A stretch of 64,000 bases of DNA from Bacillota bacterium (GCA_050942825.1 JBMNOA010000002.1:4993-68992); one strand, 5' to 3'. Shown: positions 34,421 through 45,129, counted from the first letter of the stretch. Made by a program: numbers and translations. Notes: generated from the sequence alone by a model not told the origin.

Positions 34421-35476
34421 ATGACCAAGCTTCAAATCAATGCTTCTATTGTTGGTGTTACAGGTTATACCGGTGGTGAATTGCTGAGACTCTTATTAGG
34501 GCATTTAGCCGTTAATATAAAACATATTACCGCTGCTAAAAGCTTTATTGGCGAACAGGTGACTGCTTCTTACTCTTATCTTGAGGGGCTTTGTGCTCAT
34601 AAAATAGAAAAGACCGATATAGAAAAGGTGGTTGAAGATAGCGATCTGATTTTTTTGGCCATGCCTGCCGGCCAAGGTATCGAGCCCGCTGCCGCTGCTG
34701 TGGCTAAAGGTAAAAAAATTATCGATATCAGCACGGATTTTCGTTTCCGTGACACTGCTGTTTATGAAGAATGGTATGGTGTCAAACATAATTATCCCCA
34801 ACTGGCCGAAAAAGCAGTTTATGGTTTGCCGGAATTGTACAGGAATAAAATAGCCGGAGCCGATATTATTGCCAATCCTGGCTGTTTTCCCACAGCTTCC
34901 CTTTTAGCACTATATCCACTTTTTTCTCATGGGTTAGTCAAAAGGAATTCTGTCATTATCGATGCTAAATCAGGTGTATCGGGAGCCGGGCGCAGTCCTA
35001 CGGCCAACAATATCTATGCGCAGGTCAATGAGAACATTAAGGCTTATAATGTCGGGCGTCATCGCCATACTCCGGAAATTGAGCAGATTTTGACCGATAT
35101 ATCTGCCGAGGAGCAAGTGATCAATTTTACTCCCCATCTGACTCCCATGACCAGAGGTATTCTTTCCACGGTCTATGTGGATCTCAAAGATAGCAGTTCC
35201 GCTGAGGATTTGACAAAGCTATATCGTGAAACATATGCTGATGAATATTTTGTCAAAGTGCATGATGTGGGCAATTGGCCACAAAGCAAATGGGCTTGGG
35301 GAAGTAATTTTTGCCATATTGGTGTTACTTATGATCCCAGAACGCAAAGGGCTATTGCCTGCGGAGCCATTGATAATTTAATGAAAGGTGCAGCTGGTCA
35401 AGCTGTACAAAATATGAATATTCTATTTGGTTTACCGGAAAATCAAGGTCTGGAGGCCATACCCATTTTCCCCTGA
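34421..35476 (+). CDS. argC: N-acetyl-gamma-glutamyl-phosphate reductase
   Basis: ATG at 34421 after a GAGGTG RBS (the ORF-track 34304 start is an AT-rich upstream extension); GYTGGELLRLL; catalytic-Cys region NPGCFPT. Confidence 0.93.
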   Translation: MTKLQINASIVGVTGYTGGELLRLLLGHLAVNIKHITAAKSFIGEQVTASYSYLEGLCAHKIEKTDIEKVVEDSDLIFLAMPAGQGIEPAAAAVAKGKKIIDISTDFRFRDTAVYEEWYGVKHNYPQLAEKAVYGLPELYRNKIAGADIIANPGCFPTASLLALYPLFSHGLVKRNSVIIDAKSGVSGAGRSPTANNIYAQVNENIKAYNVGRHRHTPEIEQILTDISAEEQVINFTPHLTPMTRGILSTVYVDLKDSSSAEDLTKLYRETYADEYFVKVHDVGNWPQSKWAWGSNFCHIGVTYDPRTQRAIACGAIDNLMKGAAGQAVQNMNILFGLPENQGLEAIPIFP

Positions 35477-35495
35477 TCAGTTTAAGAGGTGTATT

Positions 35496-36728
35496 ATGTC
35501 GAGCAATATTAAAGAAATAGCGGGTGGTATAACCGCGGTACAGGGTTTTAAGGCTTCTGGTATACATATTGGTATCAAAAGTCGAAATCCTGATAAAAAA
35601 GATGTGGCCATTATTGCTGCTGAAAATATTTGTCAAGTAGCCGGCTGCTATACCAAAAATAAATATGCTGCTGCGCCAGTAACTTGGTGCCGGGAGATAA
35701 CAAAAAAAGGTCAAGCTAGAGCTATCGTTATAAATAGCGGCAATGCTAATGCTTGTACCGGTAATCAAGGTCTGTCCGATGTCAGAGAAATGGCCTGCCT
35801 CACTGCCGATTGCCTGCAAGCCGAAACAGAGCAGATACTTGTTTGCTCCACGGGCGTTATCGGTGTTACTCTGCCCATGGATAAGGTAGAAGCGGGGATC
35901 AAAGCAGCAGCCCAAGCTCTTTCGGATAATGGAGGCAGACACGCGGCGCAGGCTATCATGACTACTGATACCTTCCCCAAAGAAATCGCTATCAGTGTGC
36001 AAATTGGTGATCATACCATAAATTTAGGCGGCATGGCCAAAGGATCAGGAATGATTCATCCTGATATGGCCACTATGCTAGCATTCATAACCACAGATGC
36101 ACTTATTTCCGCGGAGGCTTTACAAGCAGCCTTGTCACAATCTGTCATCAAATCATTCAATATGGTTACGGTTGATGGAGATACCAGTACTAATGATACA
36201 GTGCTGGTGATGGCTAATGGTTTAGCTGCCAATCCGCGCATTGAAAAAGATAGTCCATTATTTAAACCATTTTGTGAGGCTCTTGATTATGTTTGTTTGT
36301 TTTTGGCAAAAATGCTGGCCAAAGATGGTGAAGGCGCGACCAAATTATTGCGAGTTATCGTAAAAAATGGTAGCTCATGGCAGGAGGCGGCCAAAGCAGC
36401 CAAGGCGGTGGTATCCTCCAGCTTGGTTAAAGCGGCCTTTTTTGGTGAGGATGCCAACTGGGGGCGTATCATCTGTGCTTTGGGTTATTCGGGTGCACAA
36501 TTTGATCCCGGACAAGTAGACATCGTTTTGAAAAGTGCTGCCGGCCAGGAGCCCGTGATGAAAAAAGGCAGCGGCTTGAATTTTGATGAAGATAAGGCGG
36601 CGCGGATTTTGGCTGCGGATGAAATAGATATTTTGGTGGATTTGCATGATGGAACAGCCGAGGCTACCGCCTGGGGCTGCGACCTTAGTTATAAATATGT
36701 AGAAATAAACGGTTGCTACCGTACCTAA
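35496..36728 (+). CDS. argJ: Bifunctional ornithine acetyltransferase / N-acetylglutamate synthase ArgJ
   Basis: ATG at 35496 after an AGAGGTG RBS; autoproteolytic ATML site (PDMATMLAFITTDA). Confidence 0.93.
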   Translation: MSSNIKEIAGGITAVQGFKASGIHIGIKSRNPDKKDVAIIAAENICQVAGCYTKNKYAAAPVTWCREITKKGQARAIVINSGNANACTGNQGLSDVREMACLTADCLQAETEQILVCSTGVIGVTLPMDKVEAGIKAAAQALSDNGGRHAAQAIMTTDTFPKEIAISVQIGDHTINLGGMAKGSGMIHPDMATMLAFITTDALISAEALQAALSQSVIKSFNMVTVDGDTSTNDTVLVMANGLAANPRIEKDSPLFKPFCEALDYVCLFLAKMLAKDGEGATKLLRVIVKNGSSWQEAAKAAKAVVSSSLVKAAFFGEDANWGRIICALGYSGAQFDPGQVDIVLKSAAGQEPVMKKGSGLNFDEDKAARILAADEIDILVDLHDGTAEATAWGCDLSYKYVEINGCYRT

Positions 36729-36750
36729 CTAATTTAATAATGGAGGGAAT

Positions 36751-37608
36751 ATGAGCTATACACAAGCATTAGAAAAAGCGGCTATACTATCGGAAGCTTT
36801 GCCATATATTCAAAAGTTTCATGGCAAAATAGTGGTAGTTAAATATGGCGGCAATGCCATGATTAATGAAGAATTAAAAAGATCTGTGATCAATGATTTG
36901 ATTTTAATGCATTTGGTGGGAATGCGTCCCATCATAGTCCATGGCGGAGGGCCCGAGATCAACATCACTCTGCAAAAAATGGGTATTAATACTCATTTTG
37001 TTAATGGACAGAGATATACTGACGAGGCCATTATGAATGTAGTGCAAATGGTTTTGATAGGCAAAATAAATACGGAAATCGTCAGTCATATCAATCATAA
37101 CGGAGGACATGCTTCAGGTATATCCGGAGTGGATGGCAATTTTTTGCGTTGTGTTCAGCAAGATCCCTCTTTAGGTTTTGTGGGCAAGGTCAAGGAAGTC
37201 AATGTTGATTTTATGCTTTCCATCCTGAATGATGGTCTAATGCCCGTGGTATCACCTATCGGTTTTGATGAAAGTGGCCAAAGATATAATATTAATGCAG
37301 ATTATGCCGCCGGCAAGATCGCCGAGGCTATGAAGGCCGAAAAATTGCTGCTTTTGACTGATGTGGAAGGTATTTATGCCAATCCTAAAGAAAAGAAAGA
37401 TATTATCTCTGTTTTGCGTACTAGCGATGTGCCTGCTTTAATAGAAAAAGGCGTTATAGATGGAGGTATGATACCGAAAGTCAATTGTTGTGTCAGCGCT
37501 TTAGCAGGTGGTGTCAAAAGCACTCATATTTTGGATGGCCGCAAACAGCACAGTATATTATTGGAGATTTTTACTAAAGAAGGCATCGGTACCATGGTGA
37601 CGGAATAA
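36751..37608 (+). CDS. argB: Acetylglutamate kinase
   Basis: VVKYGGNAM; 285 aa. Confidence 0.93.
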   Translation: MSYTQALEKAAILSEALPYIQKFHGKIVVVKYGGNAMINEELKRSVINDLILMHLVGMRPIIVHGGGPEINITLQKMGINTHFVNGQRYTDEAIMNVVQMVLIGKINTEIVSHINHNGGHASGISGVDGNFLRCVQQDPSLGFVGKVKEVNVDFMLSILNDGLMPVVSPIGFDESGQRYNINADYAAGKIAEAMKAEKLLLLTDVEGIYANPKEKKDIISVLRTSDVPALIEKGVIDGGMIPKVNCCVSALAGGVKSTHILDGRKQHSILLEIFTKEGIGTMVTE

Positions 37609-37658
37609 ACGTTTTTTTATAAGGACAGTTGGTAGAAGTTTTTTGAGGGGGAATTAGA

Positions 37659-38852
37659 GTGTCTAATATGCAACTTGAACAAAGAGGCAAAAAATATCTT
37701 ATGAATACATACGGGCGTTTACCTATTACTATGGTCAGAGGCCATGGAACTAAGATTTATGATGCCGATGGTAAAGAATATTTGGATTTTGTGGCCGGTA
37801 TAGCCGTTAATGCTTTGGGCCATTGCCATCCGGCTATTGTGAAAGCTATTCATCAACAAGCACAAGAATTGATACATTGTTCCAATCTTTATTGGATAGA
37901 ACCACAAATAGATTTGGCACAAATATTAGTAGAAAATTCTTGTTTTGATAAAGTCTTTTTCTGCAACAGCGGCGCAGAGGCCAATGAAGGTGCTATCAAA
38001 TTAGCCCGCAAGTATGCTAAAACAAAAGGCAGACCACATAGTTATGAAGTTATAACCATGGAGAATTCTTTCCACGGGCGCACCTTGGCTACTTTGACCG
38101 CTACAGGACAGGAAAAAGTGCGCCAGAATTTTGATGTGTTGCCCGATGGATTCAAATATGTGCCTTTGAATGATATAGAAGCCCTGAGATCTGCTATAAG
38201 CCCTAAAACATGTGCTGTTATGATGGAACCGGTACAGGGCGAAGGCGGGGTGATCCCGGCTGATAACCAATATTTGCATGATGTACGCCGGCTTTGTGAT
38301 GAAAAGGATCTGCTCTTGATTTTTGATGAGGTGCAGGTAGGATTAGGCCGTACGGGCAAGTTGTTCGCTTATCAAAACAGTGGTGTGGAACCGGATGCTT
38401 TAACTTTGGCTAAAGCTTTGGGCGGTGGTGTGCCTATCGGAGCACTTCTGGCTAAAGAAGCTGCCTCGGTATTTGTACCCGGTGAGCATGCTACGACTTT
38501 TGGCGGCAATCCCTTGGTCACTGCTGCCGGTATCGCATTTATGCGTACCATGCTTGAAGAGGATATTTGCAGTCAGGCCGTCAAAACTAGCAATTATATG
38601 AGAGAAAAATTGCAGGCTCTAAAAGCCCAATTTCCTTGTGTTCAGGAAGTTCGTGGTATGGGCTGGCTATTAGGTTTGGTCTTGGATAAGCCGGGGGCTA
38701 AAGCTGTGGAAGCTTGCTTGTCAAAAGGGCTTTTAATTAATTGCACGGCCGGAACTGTGTTGAGATTTGTACCGCCGTTGACGGTCACTTATGATGAAGT
38801 GGATCAGGCTGTGGCTATACTGATAGAGGCTTTGAGAGAAAACGGCTATTAA
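37659..38852 (+). CDS. argD: Acetylornithine aminotransferase
   Basis: Class-III PLP aminotransferase; FDEVQVGLGRTGK. Confidence 0.9.
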   Translation: MSNMQLEQRGKKYLMNTYGRLPITMVRGHGTKIYDADGKEYLDFVAGIAVNALGHCHPAIVKAIHQQAQELIHCSNLYWIEPQIDLAQILVENSCFDKVFFCNSGAEANEGAIKLARKYAKTKGRPHSYEVITMENSFHGRTLATLTATGQEKVRQNFDVLPDGFKYVPLNDIEALRSAISPKTCAVMMEPVQGEGGVIPADNQYLHDVRRLCDEKDLLLIFDEVQVGLGRTGKLFAYQNSGVEPDALTLAKALGGGVPIGALLAKEAASVFVPGEHATTFGGNPLVTAAGIAFMRTMLEEDICSQAVKTSNYMREKLQALKAQFPCVQEVRGMGWLLGLVLDKPGAKAVEACLSKGLLINCTAGTVLRFVPPLTVTYDEVDQAVAILIEALRENGY

Positions 38853-38942
38853 TCAATAAGAATTTATATCCCTCCCTCAAGCTTTTATCTTGGTTTAAAA
38901 AAGCTATGCATGGGGGATTATCATCGATGAGGAGGCATATTG

Positions 38943-39887
38943 ATGGATTTGAAAAAATGCTTTAAAGGCAAAGACTTTATTTCTTTGCATGATTTCAGCT
39001 CGGCTGATTTAGAATATATGCTAGATGTGGCTGATTTTTTTAAAAAAGAAAAAAAAGCCGGGAAAAGAATAAATTATCTGGCCGGTAAAACATTGGGTAT
39101 GATCTTTGAAAAAAATTCTACTCGTACGCGCGTTTCTTTTGAAACGGGCATGTATTATCTGGGCGGTTCGGCACTTTTCCTTTCGGCCAATGATTTACAG
39201 ATAGGACGCGGAGAGCCGATAAAAGATACAGCCCGTACGCTTTCCCGTTATTTGCATGGCATCATGATCCGTACCTTTGGCCATGACAGGCTATTACAGT
39301 TGGCCCAATATGCTTCGATCCCTGTCATCAACGGTCTTACAGATCTTTTGCACCCCTGCCAGATCATGGCTGATGCACAGACCATCAGAGAACATAAAGG
39401 CAGTCTGAAGGGGCTAAAATTAGTGTATTTGGGCGATGGGAACAATGTAGCTCATTCTTTGATGTATGGTGGTGCCAAATTTGGTATGGATACGGTGATT
39501 GCCTGCCCCAAAGGCTATGAACCGGACCAAGCTGTGTGGAATGCAGCCCTAGCCGATGCTCGAGTCAGCGGCGCTGTAATAGAAGTTACTCATGACCCCA
39601 TACAAGCTGTCAAGGATGCCGATATACTTTATACCGATGTTTGGGCCAGTATGGGGCAAGAAGCGGAAGCCGATGAAAGAACCTCGGTTTTTGCTGGGTT
39701 TCAGATCAATGCTGATCTGTTGGCTAAAGCTAAAAGCGATGCTATCGTTTTGCATTGTTTGCCGGCAAAAAGAGGTCAAGAAATCACTGATGAAGTAATC
39801 GAATTGCCGCAATCTGTGGTCTTTGATGAAGCTGAGAACCGTCTATGGGCTCAAATGGCCGTCATGGCTCTTTTGATGACCGAATAG
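38943..39887 (+). CDS. argF: Ornithine carbamoyltransferase
   Basis: STRTR carbamoyl-phosphate motif; HCLPA; ATG 7 nt after a GAGGAGG RBS. Confidence 0.92.
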   Translation: MDLKKCFKGKDFISLHDFSSADLEYMLDVADFFKKEKKAGKRINYLAGKTLGMIFEKNSTRTRVSFETGMYYLGGSALFLSANDLQIGRGEPIKDTARTLSRYLHGIMIRTFGHDRLLQLAQYASIPVINGLTDLLHPCQIMADAQTIREHKGSLKGLKLVYLGDGNNVAHSLMYGGAKFGMDTVIACPKGYEPDQAVWNAALADARVSGAVIEVTHDPIQAVKDADILYTDVWASMGQEAEADERTSVFAGFQINADLLAKAKSDAIVLHCLPAKRGQEITDEVIELPQSVVFDEAENRLWAQMAVMALLMTE

Positions 39888-39927
39888 GACGTACGCTATA
39901 ATAATTATATATAAAGGAGAACTTATC

Positions 39928-41136
39928 ATGGTAAAAAAAGTTGCATTAGCCTATTCCGGCGGATTAGATACATCCATTATCATCCCTTGGCTCAAAGAAA
40001 ATTATAATTGTGAAGTTATTGCCGTATGCGGTAATGTGGGGCAGGGGGATGAAGTGAAACCTTTGAAAGAAAAAGCTCTTGCCTCCGGCGCCAGCAAAAT
40101 CTTTATCGGTGATCTAACAGAGGAATTTATAAAAGATTTTATTTTCCCCACATTAAAAGCAGGGGCCGTTTATGAAGAAAAATATCTTTTGGGAACGTCC
40201 TTTGCCCGTCCAATTATTGCCCGTTATTTAGTGGATATCGCCAAACAAGAGGGCTGCGATGCTATCTGTCATGGCTGCACAGGCAAAGGCAATGATCAAG
40301 TCCGTTTTGAGTTGACTATCAAAGCCTTAGCTCCGAAAATGAAAATTATCGCTCCCTGGAGGGAGTGGCATATCAGAAGTCGCGAGCAGGCTATTGACTA
40401 TGCGCAAGCTCATGGGATTCCTGTGCCTGTGACCAAGAAATATCCCTACAGTATGGATAGAAACATCTGGCATCTCAGTCATGAAGGCGCGGATTTAGAA
40501 GATCCCTGGAATGAACCGAAAGATAATTTGCTTCTAATCTGCAAAACTCCCGAAACAGCACCTGATAAGCCTACTTATGTAGAAATCGATTTTGAAAAAG
40601 GCAATCCCATTAAATTGAATGGAGAGGCTCTTTCTGCGGTTGATCTGTTGACCAAACTCAATGATTTGGCAGCAGAAAACGGCGTAGGTATTACTGATAT
40701 GGTTGAAAACCGTTTGGTGGGTATGAAATCTCGCGGCGTTTACGAAACCCCTGGCGGTACCGTTCTATATGCTGCTCACAGCAGTATGGAAAGCCTTTGC
40801 CTGGATAGAATCACCTCCCACTATAAAGCTCAAATTGCTTTGCGTTATGCCGAATTGGTCTATGATGGGGTTTGGTTCTCTCCCTTAAGAGAAGCCTTGG
40901 ATGCTTTCGTGGAAAAAACTCAGGAAACCGTGACCGGCACCGTCAGGATGAAGCTCTACAAAGGCAACTGCACTACAGTAGGTATCAAAAGTGCCTATTC
41001 TCTATATGATGAAGCTATGGCAACCTTTGGCGAGGATGAGGTTTATAACCAAAAAGATTCCGAAGGCTTCATAAATCTCTTTGGTTTACCCTTAAAGGTC
41101 CGTGCCATGCTGAAAAAAAATTGGCCCCAAGACTAG
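39928..41136 (+). CDS. argG: Argininosuccinate synthase
   Basis: [12 protein letters not shown]-binding motif; 402 aa. Confidence 0.95.
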   Translation: MVKKVALAYSGGLDTSIIIPWLKENYNCEVIAVCGNVGQGDEVKPLKEKALASGASKIFIGDLTEEFIKDFIFPTLKAGAVYEEKYLLGTSFARPIIARYLVDIAKQEGCDAICHGCTGKGNDQVRFELTIKALAPKMKIIAPWREWHIRSREQAIDYAQAHGIPVPVTKKYPYSMDRNIWHLSHEGADLEDPWNEPKDNLLLICKTPETAPDKPTYVEIDFEKGNPIKLNGEALSAVDLLTKLNDLAAENGVGITDMVENRLVGMKSRGVYETPGGTVLYAAHSSMESLCLDRITSHYKAQIALRYAELVYDGVWFSPLREALDAFVEKTQETVTGTVRMKLYKGNCTTVGIKSAYSLYDEAMATFGEDEVYNQKDSEGFINLFGLPLKVRAMLKKNWPQD

Positions 41137-41170
41137 TTCTTATAAAAGATTTACTAATTTAAACATTCAA

Positions 41171-41200
41171 AAGGCTGTGCTATGCGCAGCCTTTTTTGTT
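41171..41200 (+). terminator. Intrinsic terminator after argG (AAGGCTGTGC tatg CGCAGCCTT followed by TTTTTT)
   Basis: Read from the sequence. Confidence 0.8.
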
Positions 41201-41377
41201 TAATAAGTCAAAAAATAATACAAGATCGCCATATTCTATTTACTCTTTTATTTATAAAACAGTAATTATTATGGAAGTAATAATTAAAAAATTCATAGAT
41301 TTATCATGCTTTTTTATTGCTCATGCTGGTGGTTTGTATTATAATAATCATATCTGGTTATACTGGAGGATTATATA

Positions 41378-41977
41378 TTGGATAAGTGGCAAGATTTCAA
41401 GAGTGACTTGCAGCTATGTCAAAATTGTGCTTTATGTAAAACAAGAACTAACGTAGTATGCGGTGCGGGAGATCCGCAATCACCAATTATGGTTTTGGGG
41501 GAGGCTCCCGGCAAAGAGGAGGATCTCAGTGGACAGCCTTTTTGTGGGGCGGCCGGCAAAAAATTACATGGCTTTCTGGACCAGTTGGGTTTAGATCGGG
41601 ATGATATCTATATCAGTAATATTGTCAAATGCCGTCCGGTACGTCCATCCGCTGATGGTCAAGGCTACGCTAATCGTCAACCTACAAGACAAGAGATTTC
41701 AGCTTGCAAGGCTTGGTTGCAAAGGGAGTTGTCGCTTATAAATCCTTGTATCATCATCACACTGGGCGCTGTGCCTCTTTCGGTTTTTATGCCAGGTTGG
41801 CCAAAAATGCAAGAATATCATGGCCGTCCTTTTAAGTTGGCTGATTCTTCTGTAACGATTTTTCCTCTCTATCACCCGGCAGCCGTTATTTATGATAGAA
41901 AAAAAGAAATCGCATACCAGGTGGATTTGCAATGCTTACATAAATTTTTACGGGAGATGCGGAGGAATAATATATGA
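41378..41977 (+). CDS. Uracil-DNA glycosylase, family 4 (Fe-S type)
   Basis: TTG start after a GGAGG RBS; GEAPG motif; N-terminal CxxC...C; HPAAV. Confidence 0.85.
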   Translation: MDKWQDFKSDLQLCQNCALCKTRTNVVCGAGDPQSPIMVLGEAPGKEEDLSGQPFCGAAGKKLHGFLDQLGLDRDDIYISNIVKCRPVRPSADGQGYANRQPTRQEISACKAWLQRELSLINPCIIITLGAVPLSVFMPGWPKMQEYHGRPFKLADSSVTIFPLYHPAAVIYDRKKEIAYQVDLQCLHKFLREMRRNNI

Positions 41978-42456
41978 AAAAAGTGGTTTATGCAGGGACT
42001 TTCGATCCTATAACATCCGGTCATTTGGATATTGCTATTAGAGCCGCGAAAATATTCGATGAGGTCATTATTGCCGTAGCTGTTGATAATTATAAAAAAA
42101 ACCTCTTTTCTTTAGAGGAAAGGGTGTTTATGGTCGAAGACAGTGTCAAAGATTTGCCTAATATTTCTGTAGATTCTTTTAGCGGGCTTTTGGTCGATTA
42201 TTGTTTGAGAGTGGGTGCTTCCGCTATTCTTCGGGGATTAAGAGCTGTTGCTGATTTCGAGGCTGATTTTAAGATGGTAATGATGAACAGAAATTTATCT
42301 GACGATATCGATACCGTCTTTTTAATGTCTTCTCAACAATATCTTTTTGTCAGCTCCAGCTTGATAAAAGAAGCCGCTATGGTGGGCGGTAATATCACTG
42401 GATTAGTTCCACCTCTGGTAGAAGAATGTCTATTGGCAAAACTAGCTGAGAAATAG
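41974..42456 (+). CDS. coaD: Phosphopantetheine adenylyltransferase
   Basis: GTFDPITSGH; 160 aa; overlaps the udg stop (ATGA). Confidence 0.95.
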   Translation: MKKVVYAGTFDPITSGHLDIAIRAAKIFDEVIIAVAVDNYKKNLFSLEERVFMVEDSVKDLPNISVDSFSGLLVDYCLRVGASAILRGLRAVADFEADFKMVMMNRNLSDDIDTVFLMSSQQYLFVSSSLIKEAAMVGGNITGLVPPLVEECLLAKLAEK

Positions 42457-42656
42457 ATGTATGATATTTGATTAGACATATATAAAAAATAATTAGATGA
42501 TCCAATATGCTCGGCGGAGAAATTTTTGTTTTGTACCGAATAAAAAGCTTGAACGAGTAAAAAGCAAAAAGAAAATTACTCTAGCTAATAACAAAACGCT
42601 CAATTACTGCAGCAAGTCAAAGCGGATTTTTAATTATTTTAGAAGGAGTGGTATTA

Positions 42657-42854
42657 ATGTGGGCAGTCATTTATATCGCCAGCGGAAAAAGGCAAATAAA
42701 GTCTATTACAGAATTGTTGCAAAGAGAAAGTATTCTTTGTCGGATCCGTTATTTTGGCGATGCTAATGAAACGAATACTCATGCCGAAATATTGGTGCCG
42801 GAATCGGAGGCTGAGGAAGCTAGCTCAATTATTAATACTAATATTTTTTTATAA
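42657..42854 (+). CDS. DUF2007-family small protein (putative signal-transducing protein)
   Basis: ATG at 42657 8 nt after an AAGGAG RBS; 65 aa; family pattern (VIYIASGKRQ...LLQRESILCRIRY...AEILVPESEAEEA) recognised from memory. Confidence 0.6.
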   Translation: MWAVIYIASGKRQIKSITELLQRESILCRIRYFGDANETNTHAEILVPESEAEEASSIINTNIFL

Positions 42855-42885
42855 AAGAGTTTTTTCGGGAAACTCTTTTTTATTT
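42854..42885 (+). terminator. Intrinsic terminator (AAAGAGTTT ttcggg AAACTCTTT followed by a T-tract)
   Basis: Read from the sequence. Confidence 0.8.
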
Positions 42886-43090
42886 TCTTCTTCTAAAGAA
42901 TAAAGAGCTTTTTTACCGGACGGTTGTTTTTGTAATTATATTTGAGGCAGGAATTAAAAAGATAAAAAGAGAAGTTACTTGTAAATAAACTTTTTATTTT
43001 ATGAACCTCTCGGGGAAATCGCAAACTTTAGATATCCCCTCCCTGTTTTTTAACAAAATGAAATGAGAACTAATCGAAAAGGAGATATCG

Positions 43091-44656
43091 ATGAAGAGAA
43101 TTTTTCCGATTGTAATATTATCGTTGGTTTTTATTTTTTATTGTAGCTCTATAGCTGTGGCGACCGATAGCTATTATAAGAAAGGCAACCCGGAGAAATA
43201 TACACTTGTGCAACATACCGTATTAACTAATAATAGCAATTCTGTAGTACGTGATATATCTTTACATTTGCCTCTGATGGATAGCAAAATGCCTATTTAT
43301 CAGGAGTTTGTAGGTGAGCAGCTTTCACCTTATCCCAATCGGATCGTTTATGGCGCCAATGGTGATAATGGCTCCCGAGAAGCAATATATAATATTGCTT
43401 CTTTAGCTCCGGGAGAAAGATTGGTTTTCGAGCAACGTTATGCTATTGTCTGTTATAGCATCAACTATACCTTTACGGCTGCCGATATTCCCGATAATTA
43501 TTCTCGTCTGCCTTTATATATTTATACCGAGCCCTCTTTGTATGTGGAATCAGATAGCCAGGAAATAATTGATTTTGCCAAAAAGGCTTTGGCCTACGGC
43601 AAAAACCCCTATTTACTAGCTAAAAATCTTTTTTCGCAGGTCAATCTGTATATGACGTATAAAGACGGCATCAATGCTAATAAAGGGGCTTTAAATGCTG
43701 TACGATCTGCAGAAGGTGTCTGTGAGGATTATACAGATCTATTTGTAGCATCCCTGAGAGCATTGAATATACCTGCTCGCCAAATGACGGGTTATTTGTA
43801 TATGCCCGCCGATAGCAATCAACAACAGTACAAAAAACAGGATGGCTCCGTTGATTTAACCGCTATCGGACACACCTGGCCGGAGTTTTATCTGCCTAAT
43901 GTTGACTGGGTCTTTGCTGATCCCACCTTTACCTACCTTGTTAATGTTAACGGAGTCGATAAGAAATTTATTGACTGGAGCTTTTTTGCTAATATCCCTG
44001 ACTCCAGAAAATATATCTTTTTCAGGGAAGGTTCTGCTTCAGCGAAATTGAGTTATTTTAGTTCCAGTGGCGGTGATTTAACGGCCGATATTTCCTCCTC
44101 TTTGTTAATGGATAATCAATTTCTGCCATATAATGATTTAGCGGGCCATTGGGCATCTGATGCAGTTTGTTATTTATATAATTATGAAGACTCCTTGGTA
44201 AAAGGTGTGGGTAATGGGCTTTACGGTGTTAATTTGCCTATTACCCGGGCACAATTGGCTGTTTTTTTGCAAAGAGTAAAAGACCCTCCCTCGGCAACCT
44301 TGTCGTTTCCGGATGTATCTTCGACCCATTGGGCAGCGCAAGCTATTGCTTCGGCCAAAGAACAAGGCTGGTTGGCAGGTTATGCTGACGGCACCTTTAG
44401 GCCCAATCAGCAGCTAACCAGAGCAGAAATGGCAGCCGTGCTGGTAAGAGCATTTAATATATCCAAGGGGGATTTCCAGGTTGAGTTTAAGGATTTAGGA
44501 TTGCCGGGATATTCTTGGGCTGATTCAAGCATCATAATCTTGGCTTCTAATAATTTAGCAGGGGGGGACGGCAAGGGTAATTTTATGCCGCAAAAAACAG
44601 TCACCAGGGCAGAATTCGCTGTGTTTTTCAGTAAGATATTGCAAAATATAAAGTAA
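43091..44656 (+). CDS. Secreted transglutaminase-like cysteine protease domain protein with three C-terminal SLH domains (S-layer anchored)
   Basis: Signal peptide; Cys/His/Asp triad context GVCEDYTDLFVA...GHTWPEFY...DWVFADPT; three SLH repeats in the last ~180 aa. Confidence 0.8.
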   Translation: MKRIFPIVILSLVFIFYCSSIAVATDSYYKKGNPEKYTLVQHTVLTNNSNSVVRDISLHLPLMDSKMPIYQEFVGEQLSPYPNRIVYGANGDNGSREAIYNIASLAPGERLVFEQRYAIVCYSINYTFTAADIPDNYSRLPLYIYTEPSLYVESDSQEIIDFAKKALAYGKNPYLLAKNLFSQVNLYMTYKDGINANKGALNAVRSAEGVCEDYTDLFVASLRALNIPARQMTGYLYMPADSNQQQYKKQDGSVDLTAIGHTWPEFYLPNVDWVFADPTFTYLVNVNGVDKKFIDWSFFANIPDSRKYIFFREGSASAKLSYFSSSGGDLTADISSSLLMDNQFLPYNDLAGHWASDAVCYLYNYEDSLVKGVGNGLYGVNLPITRAQLAVFLQRVKDPPSATLSFPDVSSTHWAAQAIASAKEQGWLAGYADGTFRPNQQLTRAEMAAVLVRAFNISKGDFQVEFKDLGLPGYSWADSSIIILASNNLAGGDGKGNFMPQKTVTRAEFAVFFSKILQNIK

Positions 44657-44666
44657 TTTACAAATA

Positions 44667-44698
44667 AAAAAACTGTCTAAAGATAGACGGTTTTTTTA
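44667..44698 (+). terminator. Intrinsic terminator (AAAACTGTCTA aaga TAGACGGTTTT followed by TTTT)
   Basis: Read from the sequence. Confidence 0.8.
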
Positions 44699-44726
44699 TT
44701 TATTTTAATCTAAAAATAGCATTGCT

Positions 44727-44757
44727 TGCATAATAATATAAAAGTATAAATTATGCA
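44727..44757. promoter_or_regulatory. Inverted repeat TGCATAAT-N15-ATTATGCA in the promoter region of the tandem-HTH gene (candidate auto-operator)
   Basis: Read from the sequence, 20-50 nt upstream of the ATG 44776. Confidence 0.35.
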
Positions 44758-44775
44758 TACAAAAGGAGGGTTAAT

Positions 44776-45129
44776 ATGGGTCAAAAACTTGATAATGAGT
44801 ATTTGACATTAAAAGAAACGGCAAAACTAAGCGGAACAGCCTATGCCACGGTAAAAAGAAATATAGAAAGTGGTAAATTGCCCGCATATCATATCGGACG
44901 TAAATATTTCATCAAAAAGGAGGATGCAGAAGCTTATCTTAAAGATAAAGAGAAGCATAATAATATTGATGGTTATACTATCAAGGAGATTATGGAAATA
45001 ATCCCTCTCAGCTATGCCTTTATTATTGAGTTGATACGCTTGAAAAAATTGGAGGCTGTAAAAGTCGGCCGTCAGTACATCATCCCCAAATCTAGTTTTG
45101 AAGAATTCATCAAGAATAATAAGATTTGA
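44776..45129 (+). CDS. Tandem excisionase/MerR-type helix-turn-helix DNA-binding protein (two HTH_17-like repeats)
   Basis: Repeat 1 LTLKETAKLSGTAYATVKRNIESGKLPAYHIGRKYFIKKEDAEAYL and repeat 2 YTIKEIMEIIPLSYAFIIELIRLKKLEAVKVGRQYIIPKSSFEEFI. Confidence 0.65.
   Translation: MGQKLDNEYLTLKETAKLSGTAYATVKRNIESGKLPAYHIGRKYFIKKEDAEAYLKDKEKHNNIDGYTIKEIMEIIPLSYAFIIELIRLKKLEAVKVGRQYIIPKSSFEEFIKNNKI

Noticed and set aside
41196-41456. 86-aa ORF between the argG terminator and the udg gene
   Set aside because: It is AT-rich and low-complexity (Ile/Tyr/Lys), starts inside the terminator T-tract, and has no RBS. It is most likely non-coding promoter DNA for udg/coaD.
42497-42766. 89-aa highly basic ORF upstream of and overlapping the DUF2007 gene
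   Set aside because: It is an alternative-frame translation of AT-rich leader DNA (Lys/Arg/Asn-rich), with no RBS, and it overlaps the better-supported DUF2007 ORF.
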